In this document: one piece after another, positions 1-10,748 of the stretch
Layout: each line of letters opens with the position of its first letter
How positions within the stretch are numbered: the first letter of the stretch is position 1
Origin: Zygnema circumcarinatum SAG 698-1b
Taxonomy: Eukaryota > Plantae > Zygnematophyceae
DNA length: 64,000 nucleotides
Direction of reading: 5' to 3'
Assembly (NCBI GenBank): GCA_037447605.1
Contig: CM074815.1
Span: 186,001 to 250,000, forward strand
Translations under genes and position numbers: made by a program
The notes under the pieces: model-generated
Told to the model about the DNA's origin: nothing
Database searches by the model: none
The model's input: the letters and a program-made list of their open reading frames with translations, nothing else

Positions 1-2339
1 ACGTTTCGGAACTGGATATTTGGATTTTCCAGTTTACAGTACCATAAATTTGACCTATTGAACTTTTTTTTTGGAATTGCTCAATGTTCAAATGGAAAGC
101 CTTCAGTTTTGAACACTCGAAATGAATAGTTTTTAAATTGAACAATAATGTCATAGTTCAATTGTCATAGTTCATAGTTCGATCGGTTCGGTTACACTTG
201 TGGATTCCACTTTTTGCCACGTAGGATTCAGGCAATCTGCGAGATTTGTTGGACTCCGGCACAATTTTCACCGTACGACTTTTTGCGCCAGATCAACGAT
301 TTTCGTACCGGAAACGAAACGGGCATACAGTACTGTATCTTGAGAGTGCGTCGACCCAGGTCCACGCGCTTTGCGATTGCCAAGATCTCATTGTTGATCG
401 GTGGATGCAAAGTATATTGAAATTGAACACGACCGAGAGTTAACTGTTCAATGTCCAATTGATTTCGTGTTGCATTCGAATTTGAACACGGACCGTTGTA
501 AAAAAAAAAAAAAAAAAAAAACAGAAACCTGAAGCGGAAACAGTTCTTTTTTCTGAACACCGATTACGAATAGTTTTCTGGTTTTGAACCCAAAATCTTC
601 AACTGTTCAATTGTTCAAATTAATGGTAGTAGGGGTACTACACTTATCGCGATAAGTGTGAACACAAAACACTAGAAGACAAATTTGGCACGCGCGAATT
701 TTCCAGTTCTTGCGACGACGACAAAAGAACGTACAAACGGCACGTGCAGACAGCGCGAGCCAAATGAGTGTTTGTCGGGTAAGTGTACAAACTACGTACG
801 ACATTTGTACGATTCAAGCATATAAGTACAAAATACCAGGCGACGACAAAACTCCCCCATAAACCGCCAATTCGTACGAACAGCCATCAATTCGTACGAA
901 AAGCCATTGGCTGCCGGGCGGGATCTTTTGTCTGGATTTGCCAGGACAAGCCGGGCTTTCACATGCATCCAAGAACCGTGCAGCGCTGTAAAACGCTAAA
1001 CGACAATAAAACTTTAACAGAACTGGAGACAAAGCTGCCCGCCCGGCAGCCACCTGCCTCTCTGTACGGTTTATTTGTTTTATGGAGCCGACCTATACCA
1101 GATGTTCACCTCCTATTGGTCCACGTGAAATTCCCTGTGAGTTTAACTCTGCCTCCCGCGTGCAGCCACCGCAGGCCTTCCGCCAATCGGCAGGCGCTCT
1201 TAGCAGACCTCCAGTGAAAACTAGCCACGTGGTTGCTCACGTGTGCGTACCAGCTCGCTGGGATAGTCCGTGACTTCACATCTTGTGAGTGCATTGACCG
1301 TTGATCGCGTCCACGTGCATGCATGGAGGGATGGATGCATGGCCTATGCATCTCACGCATCCATGTCCATACAGGCATGCATGGACTAGGCATGCATGCA
1401 TCTATGCAACGTACCCATCAGACCAAATGTAAACCAAATGTTGAACACGAGAGCCCACCTAGAACAACTCTATCCCCCCACCAAGGCCTATCACCATCAC
1501 AGTGATCAAGGTAGCTCATGGCCACCAAAGCGGGTCCTGCCTTCAACTGCCCAAACATGAACGTCTTCCACACCACATGGGGCACAAGTCGTTTGCCCGG
1601 CAAAGAGGGAAGTGGACACGGCTCAGCCCAATGGCTTCATGCCATGTGGCAGACACGTGGCATAATGCAATCTGCCAAGGAGGTGTAGAATGTGTGTGTT
1701 GTGGCAGCATGAAATTTGGGAAACAAAATTGAGAAATTGTTCGACCCTCCCCGTGTTCGCAGGGCCATGCCTGAAACCGAGTTTGCAAACAAAAACCGTC
1801 AACCAGACACGCCAGATGCTGATGTCAGGAGATACTTCAGAGTATTATTAGTCCTATCTTCTATCCTATCCTATCTCTCTCTTTTTTTTTTTTTTTTAAA
1901 ATAAAAGAGAAAATCCTAAATTCGTACAACTTATATATATATGACCTTCATCCTGAGATCAACAACCTACTTTTAATTCTGGCGGCCTTCAAATTGTTAG
2001 AAAATAAATGAAATGAACGCATTTTCTCCTCAAACTCCTAAGGATCGATCAGTCCATCATCCTTCTACCGCCACAATCTAAAGAACACATAGCTTTACCT
2101 TTCGCTTAGCTTCATCCCGCAGGCCCTACTCCTAACCTCTATTTATTCAGAGAGACATCCAGAGAGAGAACAAGGAGAGGGGAAGTGGGAGAGAGGGAGT
2201 CGGAGAGAAAGAAAAGAGTATTTCAACCCAGCTCTCCCTCAGCTCTTCCTGCCTCCCCTACATACCTATCGATGTAAGATCTCGTACTCTTTCCACCTCC
2301 CTCTCAAGGAAGCTCCGTCGAAACATGCCCCGTAAATCC

Positions 2340-2998
2340 CCTTCCCTGCGGCCCCTTCCCCTTCCCCTCCCCCTCCCCCTCCCCCTCCCCCTTCCCCTTC
2401 GCCTTCCCCTTCCCCTTCCCTTCCCCTTCCCCTTCCCTCCCTCCGCCTTCCCTCCCCATCCCTTCCCCTTCCCTCCCCTCCCTCCCCCTCCTCCCCTCCC
2501 TCCCCTCCCTCCCCTTCCCTCCTCCCCTTCCCTCCCCTTCCCTCCCCCTCCCTCCCCCTTCCCTCCCCCTCCCCCTTCCCTCCCCCTCCCCCTCCCCCTC
2601 CCCCTTCCCTCCCCCTCCCCCTCCCCCTCCCCCTCCCTCCCTCCCTCCTCCCCCTCCCTTTCCTCTCCTCCTCCCCTCCCTCCCCATCCCTTCCCTCCCC
2701 CTCCCCTCCCTCTCCCCCTCCCCTCCCCTCCCTCCCCTCCCCTCCCCTCCCCTCCCCCTCCCCTTCCTCCCCTTCCCTCCCCCTCCCCTCCCCCTCCCCT
2801 CCCCTCCTCCTCCCCTCCCCCTCCCCCCTCCCCCTCCCCTCCCTCCCTCCCTCTCCCCTCCCCCTCCCCCTCCCCCTCCCCTCCCCCTCCCCCTCCCCCT
2901 CCCCCTCCCCCTCCCCCTCCCCCTCCCCTCCCCTCCCCTTCCCCTCCCCTCCCCCTCCCCCTTCCCCTCCCCTCCCCCTCCCCCTTCCCCTTCCCTCT
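2340..2998. repeat. ~660-bp C-rich polypyrimidine tract (G/A on the BSK sense strand)
   Basis: Almost only C and T (CCCCT/CCCTT/CCT units), starting directly after the BSK stop. Confidence 0.97.
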
Positions 2999-5900
2999 CT
3001 AAAACCTTCTGCGCGGCGACTGCGAGCGGCTTCTCTGCATGCTCTCCCTCCTCTCCTGCTCGAGGCGTACCCCCTTGGCGAGCATCTCCTGCGCGTCCTG
3101 CTCGAGGCGGACGTGGCGGAGGGCGACCGCCTGCAGGTAGCAGCCCTCGGGCCAGGCCGCGTCCTCGAACTGTACGGTCATGGCGTCCGTGAGCGCGAGG
3201 TTCCACTCTCCCAACTGGAGGTAACAGAGACACCGCCGGGCGAACATAAGGGGCAGTTTCGCCGTGTCCAACTGCCGGTACTGCTGCGACGGAGCGGAAA
3301 ACGGAACAGGAACGGAACGGAGGAACGGAGGAAGCAGCAGAGGGGGGGAATGGAGGGGAGGGTAAGGAAAGGGAGCGAGAGTGGGGTGAAGGGGACGGAG
3401 GATAATGGGACGGGGATAGGATTTGGGGGGAAAGAAAGCAAGGAGAGACGGAAGGGGAGGGGGGAAAGGTGGAGGGGGTTAGCGTATTTCAGGATAAGGG
3501 GTGCGGATGTGCAAGGCAAGAGGGGAAATGGGTAGGTGCGGAATGTACAGTGTGCGAGTGTGGGTGTGTATGAGAGTGGAGGGAGAGAGAGAGAGAGGGG
3601 GGGCGAAGCGAGGGGTAAGTGCAGTTAAGAGTGGCCAATTGTGTCAATCTGTGTGGGAGTGTGAGTGTCTGAAAGAACGTGGATGAATGTTGAAGACAGC
3701 AAGAGCAACAACATAGCTTGACTTTGCTTGAGAGTGAGAACGTGTGAGAGAGGATCGACGAGACAATGACCATGTACTTGTGTGCATGTGCATGAATGCT
3801 CATGCAATGTATGAGTAAGCGAAATTTCAAGCTCGTCTTCTACAGTTGCTGAAACAAAAGACGCCTGAAATTGAGGACTTGCTGAACACGAAGAGCCCCA
3901 AAACCAATGACTGTTAACAACCCTAAAAGAACGAAACACACGAAAACCGTAACAAATGCGGAATGCGGGGTAGACCACCTGCGCGTAGTACTGAATGGCA
4001 TCATGCCATCTCTTTGCTTTGAAGGCGTGGTCTCCTTTTTTCCGCGCATCCAACATTTGCTGCATTTCCGGTTTCCACGACTCAAAGGAAGGCTGCAGTC
4101 CCATGGAGCCTCCAAGCATACCAGTTAACAAGACAGTCGGATTCATACAGCGGCTTTCTAAAATGAGAAAAAACTAAGTAAGGTTGAAATTTACTGAAAC
4201 ATGGGAAACCCTAAAAAGCAAAAAAAAAAAAAAAAATTCCTTTTGGAAGGCCCTCTTTTTGGTAGGATATGTAATAGGGCCTGTGGAAAGGACGCATCCA
4301 TAGGGGTATGTGTTTTTGGGTACCCTCAAGAGTTATCCAGGGGCTGTAGGAATGGGGGCAGGCAGGGCGCAAGAGGGGGCGAGAAAGCGAGAGAGGGAGA
4401 GTGAGAGGGAGGGAGAGTGAGAGAGAGGGAGAGTGAGAGAGAGGAAGAGTGAGAGAGAGGGAAAGTGAGAGAGAGGGAGAGCGGGAGAGAGAGGAAGAGC
4501 GAGAGAGAGAGGGAGAGTGAGAGAGAGGGAGAGGAGAGAGGGAGAGCGAGAGAGAGGAGAGTGAGAGAGAGGGAGAGTGAGAGAGGAAGAGTGCGAGAGG
4601 GAGAGGAGAGAGAGGAGAGGAGAGAGGGAGAAGAGTGAGAGAGAGGGAGAGTGAGAGAGGGAGAGTGAGAGAGAGGAAGAGTGAGAGAGAGGGAAAGTGA
4701 GAGAGAGGGAGAGTGAGAGAGAGGGAGACAGAGAGAGGAAGAGTGAGAGAGAGGGAGAGTGAGAGAGAGGGAGAGTGAGAGAGAGGAAGAGTGAGAGAGA
4801 GGGAGAGTGAGAGAGAGGGAGAGTGAGAGAGAGGGAGAGTGAGAGAGAGGGAGAGTGAGAGAGAGGGAGAGTGAGAGAGAGGAAGAGTGCGAGAGGGAGA
4901 GTGAGAGAGAGGGAGAGTGAGAGAGAGGAAGAGTGAGAGAGAGGGAGAGTGAGAGAGAGGGAGAGTGAGAGAGAGGAGAGGAGAGAGAGGAGAGGAGAGA
5001 GAGGAGAGGAGAGAGAGGGAGAGTGAGAGAGGGAGAGGAGAGAGAGGGAGAGAGAGAGAGGAGAGTGAGAGAGAGGGAGAGTGAGGAGAGAGGAGAGGAG
5101 AGAGAGGGAGAGGAGAGGGAGAGTGAGAGAGGGAGAGGAGAGAGTGGGAGAGGAGAGAGGGAGAGTGGAGAGAGAGGAGAGGAGAGAGGAGGAGAGTGAG
5201 AGAGAGGGAGACTGAGAGAGGGAGAGTGAGAGAGAGGGAGAGTGAGAGAGAGGGAGAGTGAGAGAGAGGGAGAGTGAGAGAGAGGAAGAGTGCGAGAGGG
5301 AGAGTGAGAGAGAGGAGAGGAGAGAGAGAGGAAGAGGAGAGAGAGGAGAGTGAGAGAGAGGGAGAGGAGAGAGAGGGAGAGGAGAGAGAGGGAGAGGAGA
5401 GAGAGAGGGAGGAGGAGAGAGAGGGAGAGTGAGAGAGAGGGAGAGTGAGAGAGAGGAGAGTGAGAGAGAGGGAGAGTGAGAGAGAGGGAGAGTGAGAGAG
5501 GGAGAGTGAGAGAGAGGGAGAGTGAGAGAGTGGGAGAGTGAGAGAGTGGGAGAGTGAGAGAGAGGGAGAGTGAGAGAGAGGGAGAGTGAGAGAGAGGGAG
5601 ACTGAGAGAGGGAGAGTGAGTGAGAGGGAGAGTGAGAGAGAGGGAGAGTGAGAGAGGCGCACATCTTGTGGCGGCGTTCCATATGAATCTTTCACTAAGA
5701 GAGTGTGGATAGTTGTCAAGTTCCCTTCAGAGGCAGCCTGAGCGAAGGGAGAGAGCCACAACTGAGCGCCCTCAGGGAGAGGAGGATGCTCCATGGGAGG
5801 ATCAACTTCAGGAAAATTTTCTGTAACGGAATCCTTATCCTGCTCCAGTAAAAAATAAAATCATGGAGCAACTGGTGAAGGTAGCGTAAACACAATCTTT

Positions 5901-7761
5901 CCCGCTTTGGCTCTTCTCACGTGAAAAAAACTCAAAAAAGTTCAAGTAGCATTGTACAGGGTTCTTTATAGGGTTTTTTATAGTTTTTTTTTTTGTCATT
6001 TTCAGTGCCTATAGGAACCTTTCAAATTTCTTTCAAGTTTTGCAGGAATTTTATGGTCTGGGGGATTTGGGGTTTCTAGTGAAAACTGCTCACAATAATT
6101 TTTGCCTCAATACTCTGAAGTCTTTCGATGACTTCACTTAAGGAAGGTCGACTTTCCGGCTCCGAGTTCAAAGAGTCTGCCACAACTAGAACGAGTTCCA
6201 TGGCGGCTTGCCGTTCCGTTATGGAACTGTCTACAACTACATCGATGGACGCCTTTCCGTCAACGAGTTCCAAAAACTGAACTCCATCCACCCTCCCAAA
6301 GTCAAGTGAAATCATTTCATGGTAATATGAATCGAACCATACATACATACATACATACATAAGTACATACATACATATATCTGTAGGTATACAGTGGAAT
6401 CGCTCTAAGTGATCACTTGCTAAGTGAATATTGGATATTAGTTTGAGTAGGGTTTCTTTAACAGCTCGCTAAGGAATGTAGCGCATGGAACCGCACGCTA
6501 AAAAAGGACCGAACGGACACGTGTCCCACCTGATTGGGTTTGATACGTTTTCCGCTGAGCAGAGCCAAAAGGAGAGTTCCCAAACTGTACACCATACTTT
6601 CTGCAGTAACTGTCCGCGACCCTGCAAAGAAACCAATCTCACAATATATTCATTCACATTTTTTCAGAAAGGGGCCTGAAAGATTCTAATGTTTTGAACT
6701 TTTGGGGATTTAAAGGTGTTCGAGATATCAAAGGTGCTGAGGTCCGAGAGATTTGAGTGCTTGAAGTTTTCAAGTGTTCAGGACTCATATGGTTTCAGAG
6801 CTTTAGACTCTAAAAAGTGAGTGAGAACGATAAACCAAGAGCCTACAAGAGAGTAAGAAAGAGGGACATGAGAAAGAGGGAGAGGAAGAGTGGGATGGGG
6901 GGAAGAGGGGAGAGATAGATAGAGAGAGAGAGCGAGAGAGAGAGAGAGAGCTTACCTGAGCTCAAGAAGTCGGGTGGAATTGCTAAACTAGAACTATGAC
7001 CGCCATTATTTATTAGCCCAAAACACGATAATCGAGGTGCTAAGTCCTGCCAAAATAGCGGAATAAAACCAGACAACATTCTCTACTTTCAACAATCTAA
7101 CGCATGATTTGACGAACAGAGACTAAAAAGAAAGTGGAAGGAACAGCTCCACGACTAATCGAACAAACAAATCTGAAAAAAAGAAAACCCAAAAGAAGGA
7201 GGCTAACGACATTAGCAACAAAATAAACGAATGAATGGTAAAAGTTCAAGAAAAGCGATAGAAGGTTGCGATCATAACTGCGTCAAAGAGGACCCTGTAA
7301 GTGCTGAGATCCGAATATGAAGGGAGGCCCTCCTTTTTTAGGTGAAACAGAGCGCGAGTCACCACCAGAGCGGCTCTCAGCCTCTGCTGCAACGTCATTG
7401 GCTGCTTCTCGTCTGAAAAACTCGTAAGGAGATTAATGTATTAGGGTTTGGGGATGGTAAGGATATTAAGAGTATTCAGAAGTTGCAGACCCTACTTGAG
7501 CCTCCTCTTCCTCTCTACTCCCCCGCCATGTTGCCGACCTCTCACGCCCCCTCCCTGCCACTTTTACCACCTCTCTCCCAGAAGGTTTCCGAAGGAAAGT
7601 GAAGAGGAGCACTTCCACTCACAGTGAAAGAGGTGCTGTGTGAGCGTAGAGTTCGGCATAAACTCCGCCACTAACAAGCGGCTCTGCTCATGACTGCAGA
7701 ATCCCAGCAAGGCCACCAACCCACTGTGACGCACCTTCCCCACCTTTGTTGCTTCCGCCTG

Positions 7762-7825
<64 letters not shown>

Positions 7826-9400
7826 CCAGACACGTTCATCACATCACGTCACGTGACCTCACGTCACACATCACATGTTTTGGCTAACGTACTAGCAAAT
7901 GGTATCACGAAACATAGTTTAGAAAGGCTTCCACACTGTACCTAGGGCTGAAAAGAAGCTACTTAGGCTTGTCAAACTTAAAAAGCAAGAATGTCAACCG
8001 TCATGCTCAAACCCCTGAGCTAGGAGAAAGACTTTGGGTTTCTCCGGAATAGGACTGGGAAAGGAGATGAGGAAATTGGGGATCATCAAGATCACATCCA
8101 CAATAATGTCTGATGGTGTTAGTGGGCATAAGCATTAGTATAGAGCTTGAATCTGAGCTTTGTTTGAATCTTTATGGCTTACTATGAAGGCCTCCTCGTC
8201 GGGCCACTCTCTGCGGTGCAGGCTCTTTATTGCCACTATTTGACCGTTCGACAGCCTCCCCCGGTACACGACATTCTCTGCTTCTGTGCCGCCCTCCGAG
8301 ACGATGCATCGCTCACTGCAGGCAGCATGAAGAAACATCACTATGCTGATGAGGGGGATGAATGGCAAATAGGAATACGAGTGTGTTGGTGAGTGAAATG
8401 AGAATCAACATGAATATGCCCTGCCTGAATGGATGAGTAAGAATATGAATGCGAGGAATGAACGAATGGGTAACAACATGTAGACGAGTGAGAAGGAGTA
8501 AACATATTAAATGGGCACTACACTCCACACTGATCAGGAGGACTACTAAATCCAGTCAAACGCTCTCACCTAAAACTATTAGTTGCCGCCACGAGTTCAT
8601 TTAATGTAAATCTCCGAAACTGAAGCTGATCATCCTCTCCCTTTCGACTCGTGACGACTGAAAAAGAGAGCAGGAGCACACAAATGAAGTGGAAAATGGT
8701 ATAAGGGAAAAGCATCAAAACGAGGAAATTGATGAACGAAGGTTGAAAGAGGAAGGAGGGAGGGAGGGGGAAATGAGAGGGAAAGGGCGGCCGAAGGGGG
8801 AAAAGAGAGGGGAGGGAGTGGGCAAATGGAATGTAAGTGCTGTAAGGCCGGGGAGTGGGACAGTTGGGGGAGGGAGAGAGGAAGGGAGGGGAGAGAAGGG
8901 GAGTTGAGAAGAAAGAAGGGAAGGGGGACGAGCAAGGAAGCGGAGGGAGAGAGATGAGAATGAAGAGAGATAGTGAGAGGGAACAGAAGAGGAAAAGAGG
9001 TAGAGAAGGAAAAAGGGGAGGAATAGAGGAAGAATAGGGGGAAAAGGAGGAGAGCAATAAGAGGGGCGAGGAGGGAGAGAAGGAGAGAGACAGGAAGAGG
9101 AGACGGGAGAGAAGAGACAGGAGTGGAGCGAAAAGACATGGACAAGGATATGAGTTAAGACAAGTCACAGCAGTTCTTGAACTAAAATTTTGGATTGATT
9201 TCTCCAGTGATGCTTGCGCACGTACATGCAAATTCTACTGAAGAGGAAGAGTCTGCCGGTTCAGCTCCGGCCTTCTCCTGCTCCTGCTGCGGGCGAGAAG
9301 GCATGGCTGCCACCTTTCCAGGCGCTGCTGGCGGCTGGGGCGCCTTCGTGACAGGAGGGGCGGCAGACCTCCCCTCCTCCTTAGACCCAATGCAACCCAT
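2999..9400 (-). CDS. BSK: BSK-like (RLCK-XII) receptor-like cytoplasmic pseudokinase with C-terminal TPR, ~535 aa, 11 exons
   Basis: Phase-consistent exons (minus): 9400-9226, 8657-8570, 8315-8183, 7758-7623, 7412-7279, 7046-6956, 6621-6530, 6276-6094, 5839-5663, 4092-3979, 3283(or 3280)-2999. BSK hallmarks: myristoylation-type start [36 protein letters not shown], Ala gatekeeper [16 protein letters not shown] in place of [34 protein letters not shown], and TPR segments KKGDHAFK and [23 protein letters not shown]. Confidence 0.92.
4370..5656. repeat. ~1.3-kb GA-rich minisatellite in BSK intron 9 (core unit GAGAGTGAGAGAGAGG)
   Basis: Degenerate 14-16-bp units; source of the spurious LSHS/SLSL ORFs. 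Confidence 0.95.
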
Positions 9401-9403
9401 GCT

Positions 9404-9726
9404 GTCACGTGTCCTTCCTCAAGCAGAAGCAGCCACGTGTCGAGCTGCTACGTGTCCTTTCTTGGACAACGACAGCTGTCACGTGTCTCTCATTGAGCAG
9501 CAGCAGCAGCTGCCACGTGTCCCTCTCCCAAGAAAGCAACTGCTGCCACGTGTCCGAGCGAAGCAACAGCGCCTGTCAGGCAGCTGCCATTTCTTGGAGA
9601 GGCGAAAACCCCGCGCTTCCCTGCTGTTGCGGCAGCAGCCGCCACGCGTCCCTCAGGGAGAGCAAGAATGGCTGCCACGTGTCAGTCCCATACCAGCAGC
9701 GGCAACAATACTGTATGCCACGTGGC
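9404..9726. promoter_or_regulatory. Array of ABRE/G-box motifs immediately upstream of the BSK ATG
   Basis: (G/T)CACGTG(T/G)C-type 10-mers at 9404, 9432, 9447 (variant), 9478, 9512, 9545, 9674, 9717 and a CE3-like GCCACGCGTC at 9641. Function not demonstrated. Confidence 0.5.
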
Positions 9727-9924
9727 TACTCCAATGCTGCAATGCATTGCGCCCCTCGCAGCAATCCCCGTCGCAGCAGACCGCGTGTCCTCTACCTGCG
9801 CAACATCTACACCTGCTGCAAGCGAGCAGTGCCTTATTCGTCTGGAAAAGAACGCGGGACGGGAGAGGAGCAGTGAGAGCAGAACGGAGGAGAAAAGAGA
9901 GCTTCGTTACTGTGAGAGAGGAGG

Positions 9925-10083
9925 AATGGCATGGCATGGCGTGGCATGTGTGACACCACTGACATGGCATGGCATTGCATGTGACACCACTGGCATGGCA
10001 TGGCATGGCATGTGACACCACTGGCATGGCATGGCATGGCATGTGACACCACTGGCATGGCATGGCAGGGCATGGCATGGCAT
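9925..10083. repeat. 31-bp tandem repeat (GGCATGGCATGGCATGGCATGTGACACCACT) x ~4-5
   Basis: Directly visible near-identical units. Confidence 0.92.
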
Positions 10084-10748
10084 CGGACTGAAAAAAAAAA
10101 ATGCTGTCGTACGAGCTAATGAGGCTCCTGATTCCGTCGGTCGGTGAAAGATCCGGTTCTGGCGGCACGAGGCCGACAGGAAAGCGCGCGGGCGGACGGG
10201 CAGGCCGCATGGAACGGGCCAGATCCGTTGCGAATCTGGCCGCTGGACCGCGATGCGTGCACTTGCGGCTAGTTTTCATCAGATTGCGCACGTGGAGCTT
10301 TCCGATTAGCTAATACAATAGGAGTTGTCAGACCTAAGAAATATCCTGTAGTTTCCTGAAAAAAATAAGTACATTGAAGACGTAATTTTTTCACTGACAG
10401 AAGAGTACTCTTTATAAAATCACAATCATCAACAACAGCGACTTTGTCACAGCGCTCCCGTTGAATTTTGCTAGGTCTGAGTCGTCTGACGCCCCCCCTG
10501 ACAGATCGGATTGCAATGGCCGGTGAAGGGGAGAACCGTACAAAATTTGGCAGCTAGCCAAGATGAGTGTAAAGATCCTGTGCCTTCAAGCTCAAATGGT
10601 ACACGTGCAAGATCTGACAGTACCAGCCTGTTAGAATCTGTGAAGACGGAGAAATCTGGATCTTTTCACATGGACTAGTTGGCGGTGGACAAGACAAGAT
10701 CTACCGCGAAAAATCGGCACTTGCTGTCGGATTCTGTCGTTTTTCGAA

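Noticed and set aside
2304-3233. 309-aa Gly/Arg/Glu and 225-aa poly-Pro ORFs (extensin/formin-like appearance)
   Set aside because: Translations of the C-rich tract after the BSK stop; no start context or complexity, and they overlap the real last exon in other frames.
4211-5794. 527-aa and 449-aa Leu/Ser/His ORFs
   Set aside because: Read-through of the GA minisatellite in BSK intron 9; only 5839-5663 is exonic.
6389-6432. TACAGTGGAATCGCTCTAAGTGATCAC resembling a pogo/Tigger-type TIR end
   Set aside because: No matching opposite TIR found in the intron or nearby; at best an unverifiable remnant.
9195-9953. 252-aa antisense ORF over BSK exon 1 and leader
   Set aside because: Explained by GC/CAG-rich repeat units and the antisense of exon 1; no recognisable domain or splice support.
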